DNA from: Synechococcales cyanobacterium VAR_4_metabat_354
Lineage (GTDB): Bacteria > Cyanobacteriota > Cyanobacteriia > Cyanobacteriales > Chamaesiphonaceae
Assembly: GCA_031414775.1 (NCBI GenBank)
Contig: JANOQI010000016.1
Span: 256,001 to 320,000 of the forward strand
DNA length: 64,000 bases
Reading direction: 5' to 3'
Part shown: positions 49,882 to 60,364 of the stretch, piece by piece
How positions within the stretch are numbered: position 1 is the first letter of the stretch
Layout of the letters: each line of letters opens with the position of its first letter
Program-made: the position numbers and the translations under genes
The notes under the pieces: model-generated
Database searches by the model: none
What the model was told of the DNA's origin: nothing
Seen by the model: the letters and a program-made list of their open reading frames with translations, nothing else

Positions 49882-50144
49882 GCTGCACTTTACCTTCGAG
49901 TAGGTAATATCCATAGGTCATGTACGCCATCATCGAGCATCTTTGTTTATGCTGCTCGATCGATACCTCTGCATAATCGAACTACATTGAAATATTGCTG
50001 GTTAATGCTCACCTAATAAATCTCCAGAAGCTTGATCGCATGGCCTCTCCGCCGGAGAATCGCCGGAATTAGTTGGTGGTAGTACTGTATAGCTAGTCGA
50101 ATTCCATCCCATTGATTAGGTGATATGGCTCTTTTTTAGTTATT

Positions 50145-50187
50145 AAAAAAAAGGCTCAACCCTAATAAATAAGTTGAGCTTTGTTTT
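50145..50187 (-). terminator. Intrinsic terminator downstream of desB
   Basis: AAAAAAAAGGCTCAAC-N12-GTTGAGCTTT hairpin with U-tract on the minus strand. Confidence 0.7.
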
Positions 50188-50215
50188 AAATTGATTGATC
50201 GTTACTTTAAATCTT

Positions 50216-51316
50216 TTAATTCAAAGTATTTTTGGATTGGTAGTAAAGTTTACTACCGGTATCCGGCACAAAATGGCAGTTATTAACACCGTTCCAAAAT
50301 GCCGTCCAGACCGATACCTGAGAGTGGCGATAATGCTCACCCAACACCGGCTTAATCGCCTCAGTCGCTTCTTTGAGGTGATAATGCGGAATTGTCAAGA
50401 AAATGTGATGCAAAACGTGGGTGCCAATATCATGATGGATATTGTTGATGAAACCATAGTCATAATCCACAGTAGAGATCGCGCCTTTTAGAAAGTACCA
50501 ATCGTCACCGCGATACCAAGGTGTTTCGTTATCGGTGTGGTGCAAGAAAGTTACTAAGTCCAGCCACATCACAAAAATGACGTAGGGCACTAAGTAGAAC
50601 TTCACTAGCCACAAGAAACCCCAAGTGAATGTTCCAGCAGCCAAAATTCCAACCATTCCCAACCACCACACGGTGCTGGCAATAATATCTTTGTGCTCAG
50701 AAGCGCGAAACAACGGACTATCGGGATGAAAATGCGAACCAGACTCTCGATCGGGTGAGCGCCGGAATAGATAAAGCGGATAAACAAACAGCAGTGCCAA
50801 GTCAAAACGCAGCATTTTCTCCCACCAGGCCATTTTTCGGTAGGTGCTTTCCTTAATCGGATACCAACTCTCGTCTTTATCTAAGTTGCCAGTGTTTTTA
50901 TGGTGAGTGCGGTGGCTAATGCGCCAACCGTGAAAAGGTACCAAAATAAAACTATGGGAAATGTGACCAATCAAATTATTCAGCCATTTGCTTTTGGAGA
51001 AAGAACCATGACCACAGTCATGACCAATCACAAACAAAGCCCAGAACATCGTGCCCTGAGCTAACCAAAATAGTGGATAAAACAGCCAAGAATCTAATTG
51101 AGCGGCTAGGGCATATAGCCCAGCTACGATCGCTACATCTCGCAAAAAATAACTGATCGATCGAGTAGCAGAAGGAGTAAAGCAATGCGCGGGAATTGCT
51201 TGACGGACATCTTGAATAGTGAAGGGGAGCATTTCCCGTTGCAATAAAGATGCACTAGAAAGTTCAGGGGTGAGGACTTTAGGCGGCACTGAGTTTTCGT
51301 AAAGATTAATGAACAT
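50216..51316 (-). CDS. desB: Omega-3 (delta-15) fatty acid desaturase
   Basis: QGTMFWALFVIGHDCGH, WRISHRTHH, IHHDIGTHVLHH boxes. Confidence 0.92.
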   Translation of the reverse strand: MFINLYENSVPPKVLTPELSSASLLQREMLPFTIQDVRQAIPAHCFTPSATRSISYFLRDVAIVAGLYALAAQLDSWLFYPLFWLAQGTMFWALFVIGHDCGHGSFSKSKWLNNLIGHISHSFILVPFHGWRISHRTHHKNTGNLDKDESWYPIKESTYRKMAWWEKMLRFDLALLFVYPLYLFRRSPDRESGSHFHPDSPLFRASEHKDIIASTVWWLGMVGILAAGTFTWGFLWLVKFYLVPYVIFVMWLDLVTFLHHTDNETPWYRGDDWYFLKGAISTVDYDYGFINNIHHDIGTHVLHHIFLTIPHYHLKEATEAIKPVLGEHYRHSQVSVWTAFWNGVNNCHFVPDTGSKLYYQSKNTLN

Positions 51317-51418
51317 TATTATAGGGGCATTATGAAACACCAATAAAGCTTTTGGCAATGTTGAACCCCCGGTATTTTTCAGGATATGCTGTGGTTGCGC
51401 TGTGTAGAGAATTTTAGA

Positions 51419-52456
51419 ATGAAGTTATTGTTAGCCGGAGATATTGGCGGTACCAATACTCGTTTACGCCTTGCTCCCATCGATAATTGGCGTGCTCACG
51501 ATCGGGAAGAAACCTATCCCAGCCAGGAATATAAAGATTTAGCACCGATTGTGCAGAAATTTTTAGCAGCGGCTCCCGTAACCGGCGAAGTGGTCAGTGC
51601 TTGCTTTGCCGTGGCTGGGCCGATCGAAGGACGCACTGCCCATTTAACCAATTTGGGTTGGCATTTAGATATCGATCGATTAATCTCCACTCTCGGCATT
51701 GCTAATATTCATTTGATTAATGATTTTGCGGCGATCGGTTATGGCATCGAGCATTTGCAACCAGATGAAATTCATACTCTGCAAGCTGGTCAACCGATCA
51801 ACTCTGCTCCACGCGGCTTAATTGGGGCAGGGACTGGCCTGGGTCAAGGTTATTTGATTCCAGAGGCGGGAACTTATCGAGTATTGGCCAGCGAAGGCGG
51901 CCATGGTGATTTTGCGGCGCGTTCTGAGCAAGAATTTCGACTAATCGAATATTTGATGCAGCGCGATGGCTTGGATCATGTCTCTTGCGATCGATTGATT
52001 TCCGGTACTGGCATTGTCACCATTTACCAATTCCTGCACAATCAACAGCCTTCTGGCACCGAACTACCAGCAATTGCGGAAGCAGTTAATCAATGGGCAA
52101 AAACAGCTGCAATTGATCGACCAAGCTTAATTGATCCAGCGATGTTAATTGCCCAAGCTGCCCAAATTGCAGCTCATCCGCTTTCGATCGATACCATGCA
52201 ATTGTTTCTGCGTATTTACGGCGCTGAAGCAGGTAACTTAGCTCTCAAGTTTCTACCACAAGGCGGTTTGTATATTGCTGGGGGCATTGCCGCCAAGAAT
52301 TTATCTTTGATGAATAATGGCACTTTTATGGCGGCCTTTTTACAGAAAGGGCGAATGCAAGAGCTACTGACCCAAATTCCAGTCCGGCTGATCTTAAACA
52401 CTCAGGTGGGATTGATCGGAGCTGCGGCTCAAGCTCTGGCGGCGCTGTCCCATTAA
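51419..52456 (+). CDS. glk: Glucokinase
   Basis: AGDIGGTN.R, INDFAA, GAGTGLG, SEGGH, GGLYIAGGIA. Confidence 0.93.
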   Translation: MKLLLAGDIGGTNTRLRLAPIDNWRAHDREETYPSQEYKDLAPIVQKFLAAAPVTGEVVSACFAVAGPIEGRTAHLTNLGWHLDIDRLISTLGIANIHLINDFAAIGYGIEHLQPDEIHTLQAGQPINSAPRGLIGAGTGLGQGYLIPEAGTYRVLASEGGHGDFAARSEQEFRLIEYLMQRDGLDHVSCDRLISGTGIVTIYQFLHNQQPSGTELPAIAEAVNQWAKTAAIDRPSLIDPAMLIAQAAQIAAHPLSIDTMQLFLRIYGAEAGNLALKFLPQGGLYIAGGIAAKNLSLMNNGTFMAAFLQKGRMQELLTQIPVRLILNTQVGLIGAAAQALAALSH

Positions 52457-52514
52457 CGAATGTTGGTAAAGCGCAACCAAAACCAACATCTCGGCTCAAC
52501 CTAGACTTTAAGAT

Positions 52515-53369
52515 TTAGGCGGGCTTCTTTACCTGCGCAAAATACCCAGCCAGGATCGCCAAAGCGATAATACCTAGTAAGCCAGCATGGGGCGCACCAT
52601 AAATACCGGTAATCCAGTCAGAAACCTTACCAGTGTATTTAACAAGCTGACCCACGTTTACTAAATAAATAGCGCCAGTCATGCCAGCATGGAGTCCGAT
52701 CGATATCCCCAATAGATTTTTTTGGCTGCGCTTAGCTAAGACCAGCACTGCTCCCAAGATCGCCAACCCTGGAAACTGAGGCAAACTGCCCCACATAGCA
52801 GCCAACGGCTTCATAAAATGTAGAGCAGCAAAAATCAAACTATTAGCAGTCAGAGACGTGGTTAAAGAATAATCGGCTTCCAATTCAGATAATAACCAGC
52901 CCCGAAAAAATAATTCTTCGGCCAACGCCACCCCGATCGAACTCAGTAAACCCCCACCAATTAGCTCTGGCCAGGAAATAGCAACCGGTTGCCATACCAG
53001 CCAGCCCAGCGCCCCTTGCAGCGCAAATATGGCCAGAGTCGAAATCAATCCATTCAGCCAGCCACCCAAGAACCCCAGCCAATTCCGGCGGCTAGAGACC
53101 AGACCGATCGATCTAAAAGCATGAGGCTGGTCATAAACCCGGCGCTTCCACCAAGGCAAGAACAGAATAAAAAGAACAGCTAGACCGCCCATCACCCAAA
53201 TATTGAGTAGGTTGACGACCCCCGGATCACTCATGTCGCGAGTCAAGCTAAAAAAGGTGTAGATTGACCCAGCCCAAGGTGCCCACAGCACAACTAAAGA
53301 CACCAAAAAAATCAGAATTCTGATGGGCGCTACATACTGAGCAATAGTTTTAGGATTAAAAGTAGACAA
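52515..53369 (-). CDS. CPBP/Abi family intramembrane protease
   Basis: EELFFRG, FAALH, GLHAG motifs; multi-TM. Confidence 0.88.
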   Translation of the reverse strand: MSTFNPKTIAQYVAPIRILIFLVSLVVLWAPWAGSIYTFFSLTRDMSDPGVVNLLNIWVMGGLAVLFILFLPWWKRRVYDQPHAFRSIGLVSSRRNWLGFLGGWLNGLISTLAIFALQGALGWLVWQPVAISWPELIGGGLLSSIGVALAEELFFRGWLLSELEADYSLTTSLTANSLIFAALHFMKPLAAMWGSLPQFPGLAILGAVLVLAKRSQKNLLGISIGLHAGMTGAIYLVNVGQLVKYTGKVSDWITGIYGAPHAGLLGIIALAILAGYFAQVKKPA

Positions 53370-53380
53370 AACTAAGCAGC

Positions 53381-53662
53381 CTAACTTTCAGGTTCGATTG
53401 AACTAATTAACCCATGATTTTGAAGAGTTTCACTATAAAACTCGGCATGTTCCAGCTCACAGGTAATTACTAAAGCCATCCCATTATTATGGGCTTCCAT
53501 CATGATGCTGACAGCATGAGGCTCAGTCATACGGGGAATGGTGGTCATCAAGACCTGCACCACATATTCCATGCCATTAGAATCGTCATTGTGTAGCAAG
53601 ACACGGTACTTGGGAGCAAGTTGACGAGATGTTGAACGCTTTTCGATGGTTTCAACAGACAC
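53381..53662 (-). CDS. clpS: Clp protease adaptor ClpS
   Basis: YRVLLHNDD.N.MEYVV, MMEAH..G.ALV, EHAEFY. Confidence 0.93.
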   Translation of the reverse strand: MSVETIEKRSTSRQLAPKYRVLLHNDDSNGMEYVVQVLMTTIPRMTEPHAVSIMMEAHNNGMALVITCELEHAEFYSETLQNHGLISSIEPES

Positions 53663-54092
53663 GCTTTCACTCTCTACAAAAAATTAATTTGGGCAAAACT
53701 GTTGACTAATATAGCACTCCCCACCGAATTTTGCCAAAGCCGCCAGGTCATCCAAAAACATGTGCTGAGAATGTATCGGTTGATTCATTCAATGGGGTAT
53801 GATGTCTAGAAGACAGCATCAACACAAGGATTAACTGAAAAAAGCAGCTGAATAAATTCAGTTTTTACTTTGAATTCTTACTGGCGTAGATTAGGAATAG
53901 TCGCTGCGCCAAGAATTTGGAGCTTGGTCAAGTCTGCATAGTTGCAAATTGTTAGAGATCTTTGCTCTCCCCTAACTCGCAGCCATACTCTCTTGGTCGG
54001 ACAGTCCCCAATCTGGTGTTGGTGAGTTATTGCGCAAAAACTTAAAATAGCAAGCCAATGGGCTAATTTCGTTGGGAGATAAATTGAATTAC

Positions 54093-56357
54093 ATGGACTT
54101 TTCGATCGCCACACTGCTGTCGCATTTTTCTGACGACAAACTCGTTGCTCCCAAGGTTTTAGAAAAAAAGCTGGGTTGCGAAGACGAAAACAGCCTTGAA
54201 CAGCTGGGCATTGTGCTAAATGTGCTAGACAAGGTTGGAGTCCTCGCTAAAGATAAGGGCAAGTTTCGGAAGTTAGTAGAAGAAGACGTCGTGGAAGCCA
54301 AGCTGCGCTGTTCCAGTAAGGGTTTCTGTTTTGCGATTCAGGATGATGAAGGGTCGGAAGATATCTACATTCGGGAAAGCCATCTCAGTAACGCTTGGAA
54401 CGGCGATCGAGTGTTGATCAAAGTCATGAAAGAAGGGACGCGGCGGCGTAGTCCAGAAGGCATTGTCAAGCTAGTTTTGGAGCGAGCCAACCCATCGGTA
54501 TTGGCGCGAATCAAACATAATGAGAGTGGTAGTTACAGCGCCATCCCTCTGGATGATCGGCTGCTGTGTGAGCTAGAAATCTTATCAGAGGGTCACGACC
54601 TCAGTAATATTTCTGACAACTTAGTGCAGGTAGAAGTCCTGCGCTACCAAATCGGTCAAGAGCCATCCGCCGGTAGAGTGGCTAGAATTTTAGGCACCAG
54701 TGCTGAATCGGCTTCAGATGTAGACATTGTTTGCTGTAAGCACGACTTGCGATCAGAGTTTCCACCCAATGTGGTGTTATCTGGTATTGATTTGCCTATG
54801 AAAGTCAGTACTAAGGCGGCTAAAGGCCGGGAAGATTTGACGGGTTTGCTCACCTTTGCTCTGGGTGAAGCTGAGCAATTTTGGGAAAACGCCTTTAGCT
54901 TAGAGACCAATGCCGATGGCACTTGGCAGGTGAGCGTACACATTACCGATGTGGCTAGTTATATTGCCGCCGATGACCGGCTCGATCGAGAGGCGCGCAA
55001 ACGGGGCACCGCAGTATATGTGGGCGATTTAGTCATCCCGCTGCTCCCAGCTTCAGTACATCAGGCTTGTGGCTTTAACACCAGCGCGCAACGCCTAGCG
55101 ATTTCAGTCATGCTGACAATTGATGCGGCCGGGGTCGTTACCGAATTTGCGATTCGCCCCAGCTTAGTAAAAGTAGACCACGCCTTGAACTACGAGCAAG
55201 TAGACGAAATTTTGGTTGGTAAACCCAAACCATTGACCAAGGTAGTTGCGACTAAATTCAAAGAATTATTGACAGTGGTAGCACCATTGCTCCGCAGCCA
55301 GCGGCAGCAGCGAGGCGGATTAGAAGTAGACATGTTACCAGCTCAATCTCGCTTTGCCGATGAAGGAAGGTTAGGGGCAGTATTCATTGATGAGTCTAGG
55401 TCACTAGTAGCCGAGTTAGCCATAGCGGCCAATCAAGCGATCGCCAGTCACCTGCAAGCCTTAGCGGTACCAGGCATTTATAGCATTCAGTATCATCCAG
55501 AGCTGGTAGAAATTAATGACCTGATTAAGCTTTCCCAAAATCTGGGACTCAGCGACGAAGCCGAAAGTGAAGCCAGTGCCAGCGACTTGCAGCGGATTTC
55601 TCAAACCTTTGGCAACTCACCGGTGCCCAAAGTTCTCAACTATATTTTCAAATCGATGCTGAAAACGGCGCTGTACAGTGCCCAGCCCGGTAATCATTTT
55701 GGGCTAGGATTGAGCACTGGTTATGTTCATGCCGTATCACCCCTGAGCCGCTATGCCGATCTATTGAACCAGCGGGTGCTCAACGAGGTCTTTACTAATG
55801 GACGCGATCGAAGATCTACTCGCACCAAAGAAGCCGTTGATCTGCAACATAGCAGCTGTCATGGCCAAATCAATTGGAATGTATTGTTACCAACGGTGCA
55901 GCAAGAGTTAGCCGCTCAGATTTCCGGTGCTATTTCTCATCTGAACGATCGCGAGAAAATTGCTCAAGATGCCGAAAACGACTTACAGGGCTTACAAAAA
56001 GCCTCACAGATGCAGTCCCGTACTGGTCAAATCTTCCAGGGCTTAATCACTGGAGTTCAGTCCTACGGTTTCTTTGTGGAAATCGAAGACTTCTTGGTGG
56101 AGGGCTTGGTGCATGTTAGCTCTCTCAAAGATGACTGGTATGAGTTTCGTCCCCGTTATGCCTGCCTAGTAGGACGCAAAAACCGGATAACCTACCGACT
56201 CGGTGATCGAGTAGAAGTCGAAGTGAAAAGCGTCGATTACTATCGACAGCAGATCGATTTAGCCACAGTGCCGCGTATTGTCTCCACGGAAGAACCTGCC
56301 GAAGAGGATCCCACCGAAATGGCTGCGGCAGAATTTGACGAATTTGAAGCACTTTAG
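54093..56357 (+). CDS. RNase R/II-family protein, Zam-like, catalytic Asp cluster degenerate
   Basis: CSD (KGFCF, AWNGDRV), RNB (VHITDV, RGTAVY, HFGL, SPLSRYAD), S1 (GVQSYGFFV). Confidence 0.88.
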   Translation: MDFSIATLLSHFSDDKLVAPKVLEKKLGCEDENSLEQLGIVLNVLDKVGVLAKDKGKFRKLVEEDVVEAKLRCSSKGFCFAIQDDEGSEDIYIRESHLSNAWNGDRVLIKVMKEGTRRRSPEGIVKLVLERANPSVLARIKHNESGSYSAIPLDDRLLCELEILSEGHDLSNISDNLVQVEVLRYQIGQEPSAGRVARILGTSAESASDVDIVCCKHDLRSEFPPNVVLSGIDLPMKVSTKAAKGREDLTGLLTFALGEAEQFWENAFSLETNADGTWQVSVHITDVASYIAADDRLDREARKRGTAVYVGDLVIPLLPASVHQACGFNTSAQRLAISVMLTIDAAGVVTEFAIRPSLVKVDHALNYEQVDEILVGKPKPLTKVVATKFKELLTVVAPLLRSQRQQRGGLEVDMLPAQSRFADEGRLGAVFIDESRSLVAELAIAANQAIASHLQALAVPGIYSIQYHPELVEINDLIKLSQNLGLSDEAESEASASDLQRISQTFGNSPVPKVLNYIFKSMLKTALYSAQPGNHFGLGLSTGYVHAVSPLSRYADLLNQRVLNEVFTNGRDRRSTRTKEAVDLQHSSCHGQINWNVLLPTVQQELAAQISGAISHLNDREKIAQDAENDLQGLQKASQMQSRTGQIFQGLITGVQSYGFFVEIEDFLVEGLVHVSSLKDDWYEFRPRYACLVGRKNRITYRLGDRVEVEVKSVDYYRQQIDLATVPRIVSTEEPAEEDPTEMAAAEFDEFEAL

Positions 56358-56372
56358 ACCCCACTTCAACCT

Positions 56373-57761
56373 ATGCCGATGTCAATTGATCGTATTATTA
56401 AAACTGGTGCTGTCGGTGACGAAATCACTGTGCAGGGCTGGATTCGCAGTAAGCGCGAATCGAAGGGTTTTGCCTTTGTCGATGTCAATGATGGCTCCTG
56501 TATGGCCAATATCCAGGTAGTGATTGCTCAAGACTTGGCCGACTATGCCGACAAAATCAAACGGATTAACACTGGTGCATCGGTAGCTATTAGTGGTCAG
56601 TTAGTGGAATCACCAGCTAAAGGTCAACGGGTAGAACTCCAGGCTGATACCTTAGAAATTTTTGGGGAGTCTGACCCAGAAAGCTATCCCCTCCAGAAAA
56701 AACGCCATTCCTTTGAGTTTCTGCGCGAAATCGGCCATCTGCGCGGTCGCACAAATACTTTGGGAGCGGTATTTCGGGTACGCAACGCCTGTGCAGCGGC
56801 TGTGCACCAGTTTTTCCAGGAAAAAGATTTTTTGTGGGTGCATACCCCGATCATCAGTGCCAGCGACTGTGAGGGGGCGGGGGAGATGTTTAACGTCACC
56901 ACTCTCAACCCCGACAAATTGCCCAGGACAGCTGATGGCAAAGTAGACTACAGCCAGGACTTCTTTGGACGGCAAGCTTATCTGAGTGTTAGTGGCCAGC
57001 TGGAAGCGGAAGTGATGGCCATGGCTTTTAGCAATGTCTATACCTTCGGACCAACGTTTCGCGCCGAAAACTCTAATACCTCCCGCCACCTGGCCGAGTT
57101 TTGGATGATTGAGCCGGAGATGGCTTTTTGTAACTTGCAAGGGGATATGGATTTAGCTGAAGAATTCCTAAAATATATCTTTAAGTACGTGCTGGATCGA
57201 TGTTTACCAGATATGGAATTCTTTCAGCAGCGGATTGATGATTCGGTACTAGCTACTGCCGAGAATATTATTCATAATCAGTTTACGCGGCTAACTTACA
57301 CCGAAGCCATTAGCATTTTAGAAAAATCTGGTCAGCAGTTTGAGTATCCGGTGAGCTGGGGTCTGGACTTGCAATCAGAGCATGAGCGTTATCTAGCCGA
57401 AGAAGTCTTTAAGAAGCCAGTTATTTTGACTGATTACCCCGTCGAAATTAAAGCTTTTTATATGCGTCTTAATGATGATGGCAAAACCGTAGCAGCGATG
57501 GATATCCTGGCACCGAAGATTGGTGAAATCATTGGTGGTTCTCAGCGGGAAGAACGATTAGACGTGTTGGAACAGCGAATTACGGCGCAGGGTTTGGATG
57601 TGCAAGACTACTGGTGGTACTTGGATTTGCGCCGCTATGGCACCGTTCCCCATGCTGGTTTTGGTTTGGGTTTTGAACGGCTGGTACAGTTTATGACTGG
57701 AATGGCTAATATTCGGGATGTAATTCCTTTCCCTCGTGCCCCAATGACCGTAGAATTTTAG
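56373..57761 (+). CDS. asnS: Asparagine--tRNA ligase
   Basis: [56 protein letters not shown]. Confidence 0.96.
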   Translation: MPMSIDRIIKTGAVGDEITVQGWIRSKRESKGFAFVDVNDGSCMANIQVVIAQDLADYADKIKRINTGASVAISGQLVESPAKGQRVELQADTLEIFGESDPESYPLQKKRHSFEFLREIGHLRGRTNTLGAVFRVRNACAAAVHQFFQEKDFLWVHTPIISASDCEGAGEMFNVTTLNPDKLPRTADGKVDYSQDFFGRQAYLSVSGQLEAEVMAMAFSNVYTFGPTFRAENSNTSRHLAEFWMIEPEMAFCNLQGDMDLAEEFLKYIFKYVLDRCLPDMEFFQQRIDDSVLATAENIIHNQFTRLTYTEAISILEKSGQQFEYPVSWGLDLQSEHERYLAEEVFKKPVILTDYPVEIKAFYMRLNDDGKTVAAMDILAPKIGEIIGGSQREERLDVLEQRITAQGLDVQDYWWYLDLRRYGTVPHAGFGLGFERLVQFMTGMANIRDVIPFPRAPMTVEF

Positions 57762-57788
57762 AATCTGCCCTAGTATTTTGTTATTGTT

Positions 57789-58178
57789 ATGACTGCCCAA
57801 TATCCTGAAAACCTCCGTTACACCGATACTCATGAGTATGTCCAGCTAGATGATCAGGTGGCTACTGTTGGTATTACAGCTTTTGCGATCGATCAATTGG
57901 GTGATATTGTTTTTCTGGAATTGCCCGCCGTTGGTACGAAGGTTCAGCAAGGAGAACGCTTTGGTGCTGTCGAATCGGTGAAAGCAGTGGAAGATCTAAA
58001 GTCTCCCCTGAGTGGGACAGTACTGGAATGTAACCAGGCAATGGTTGATGTTCCAGAAGATTTGGTGAACGATCCTTACAGCGCTGGTTGGTTGGTGAAA
58101 CTTCAGGTGACTAACCCTAGTGAATTAGATAGTGCCATGACAGCGGCGGATTATCGATCGAAAGTAGAAGGCCATTAG
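57789..58178 (+). CDS. gcvH: Glycine cleavage system H protein
   Basis: HEY, GITAFA..QLGDIVF, ESVKA lipoyl-Lys, NDPY..GWL. Confidence 0.95.
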   Translation: MTAQYPENLRYTDTHEYVQLDDQVATVGITAFAIDQLGDIVFLELPAVGTKVQQGERFGAVESVKAVEDLKSPLSGTVLECNQAMVDVPEDLVNDPYSAGWLVKLQVTNPSELDSAMTAADYRSKVEGH

Positions 58179-58205
58179 GCTTGGCCAAAGCACGTGTCGC
58201 GCTCT

Positions 58206-60263
58206 CTAAGGTGATGGAATCAAATTCACCCGGCTATGCAATGTCAACAACGCACCTACTTGCTCTTGACCGTTAACCGCTAACTCGCTGTGGCAGAGAT
58301 ACAGCCTCTGATCGCCATCGCCAGCACCTGCACTGTCTACCCGACAAAGCAAATCCCGCAGCACCCGCTCCAGCCGCTGACTATCCGCTAATTCTTCATC
58401 ATCGATCGACAGCTGTTGTCCGTTCCAATCTTGTAAAAACAGTGGTGCCCCGTACAAGACTGCTGTCCCGCCCTTCGCCCATAGCGATGAACCTACATCC
58501 AGCCAAAAATGCCAACGGTGGCACTGCTTGCTCGATCGATACTGAAAGATATTAGTCAGAGTCACTCCCTGCTGGCTAGGAGCGAGTGGCACCGCTGGAT
58601 AGGGGTTGGCGCTGACTGTTCCCTGGCGCAACAGCAAAATAAACTGTGCCATCAGTACTCGATCTTCAGTCACCGGATTAACGCGGGTGGCGACTAGCCA
58701 GTAGTGCTGGGCAGTTTCTAACAATTCACGCATAATCGCCAGCTGGTCGGTGGTGAGCAAACTGCCTCGTCCAAAAAAGGTGGCAATGGCCTGATCAAAG
58801 AGATGGAGGGAAGCACTGCTCGCTGTTTGCTGTTGATCGATCCAAGCTAATAGTTGCTGATAACTAGCTGTGGCTTGAGCACCTAATCTGTCCCAGCGCG
58901 GAAACTTATCGACAGGTAACAATTGGGGTTGTTCTGGGGTCGGCAGATAGCAATAGTCCACAATCAAACCGGCGCGTACCGGATCGATCGCTAGGGCAAT
59001 GCCGGTAAAGGATTGATAACGAGACAGTTCCACCAACATTTCGGCCACCTCATCTCGATTAGTCAGCCGTCCCATACCGGGTAGCACCAAAGTCATTAAG
59101 GTGAGGATCGATCGAACGCTGGGCGAACTATTTAAAGGGCGCTGATTGTTCAGAGATGTAACAGGGATGTGATGCTGGGTCAAGACATCGGTCAGGGTAT
59201 AGCGAGCCAAATTATCTAAACCGGGGGCAATGATCACAATCTCATGGGCAGTAATTTGCTGTTCTTTAATAGCCGTCGCAATTGTCGTCGCCACCGCCCG
59301 CAGCATTTCCCCCCGTGTTCGCTCGGTAATCTGCTGAAACGATGCTGGTAACTCTAGCCAACTACTGGGATCTTGGACAGTGGCCACCACGGCATCCACC
59401 AAATTGACGCTGCCCGCTGACTGGAGAGCAGTGATCGAGGCTGATAACTGTTCGACCTGGCAATGTTTACGGAGTTGGCCAAGGTATTCTGGGTCGCTGC
59501 TCAAACCAAGACGAATTTGGCCATGGGGATTGTAACTGATCGCCGCTGGTCGTTGGGATTGCAGGACTTTTTCGATCACCGGATAAATGATAGCCGGATA
59601 GTCATCGGCATCATCGGCAATGAGGCCACCATAGTGACTAGTAAAATATTTTTGGTAATCGGGATGGAGCCACAGATAGCGCCAAAATAGCTCGCTGCTT
59701 AAGCCATAGGTCAGCAAGCTCCGCTCCAAACACCACTGCCGCCAGTCGCTAATTAGTTCGCCCATCCAGGGAAATAGTTCGTTTTCGCCATAGCCCAGTT
59801 GCAGCCTTTCGGGAATAGTCGCAATGTCGATACCGGCGTTAGCAGCCAATTGCATCAAGTCCAACAGCCGACGCACTAAACGATATTCATTTACTCCCAG
59901 CTGTTGCCAGGAACGCATACTCAGCTCGGTCTGCCACAGTTCTGTGGCCAAGGCTTGCTCGGTCTCTGGCCGCAACCGAATCGGGGTGGCAATAGGTAAA
60001 TTTAGCGCCGGACAAATAAGTGGGTAAAATAAATAAACTTGATCTTGTAAAAAGCCCAAAGGAGTCTGGACTCTCACTGGGTAGCGACCATCAATGGCGA
60101 TCGAGAGCCGCAGGTTAAAATCTTGCTTGCTATCATCGTTAGCAGCTAAAAGTAACAGCTGCTGCGGTTCAACCGTCGGTAGCCACTGACTAGCTAAATC
60201 TACCAAGCGCTGGGTTTTACCACTGCGTGATCCGCCCGTCAGCCACAATCCTGGATTCATCAC
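58206..60263 (-). CDS. Conserved cyanobacterial P-loop protein, SF1 helicase/AddB-like
   Basis: GGSRSGKT Walker A, LIADDADDY Walker B-like, TPLGF, IIAPGLD. Confidence 0.65.
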   Translation of the reverse strand: MMNPGLWLTGGSRSGKTQRLVDLASQWLPTVEPQQLLLLAANDDSKQDFNLRLSIAIDGRYPVRVQTPLGFLQDQVYLFYPLICPALNLPIATPIRLRPETEQALATELWQTELSMRSWQQLGVNEYRLVRRLLDLMQLAANAGIDIATIPERLQLGYGENELFPWMGELISDWRQWCLERSLLTYGLSSELFWRYLWLHPDYQKYFTSHYGGLIADDADDYPAIIYPVIEKVLQSQRPAAISYNPHGQIRLGLSSDPEYLGQLRKHCQVEQLSASITALQSAGSVNLVDAVVATVQDPSSWLELPASFQQITERTRGEMLRAVATTIATAIKEQQITAHEIVIIAPGLDNLARYTLTDVLTQHHIPVTSLNNQRPLNSSPSVRSILTLMTLVLPGMGRLTNRDEVAEMLVELSRYQSFTGIALAIDPVRAGLIVDYCYLPTPEQPQLLPVDKFPRWDRLGAQATASYQQLLAWIDQQQTASSASLHLFDQAIATFFGRGSLLTTDQLAIMRELLETAQHYWLVATRVNPVTEDRVLMAQFILLLRQGTVSANPYPAVPLAPSQQGVTLTNIFQYRSSKQCHRWHFWLDVGSSLWAKGGTAVLYGAPLFLQDWNGQQLSIDDEELADSQRLERVLRDLLCRVDSAGAGDGDQRLYLCHSELAVNGQEQVGALLTLHSRVNLIPSP

Positions 60264-60364
60264 AACTTAATCCCTAATAGGCGTTAAACCTTATACAATT
60301 TAGCAAACCCTCATAAAACTCGGTGAGTTTTGGTGCAAGTCGGTATTGAAAAAATTAATCTACG

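Noticed and set aside
56652..57140. 162-aa minus ORF, and similar short ORFs inside glsF, purH, nadB, the ABC gene and the TPR gene
   Set aside because: Shadow or alternate-frame ORFs inside well-supported genes.
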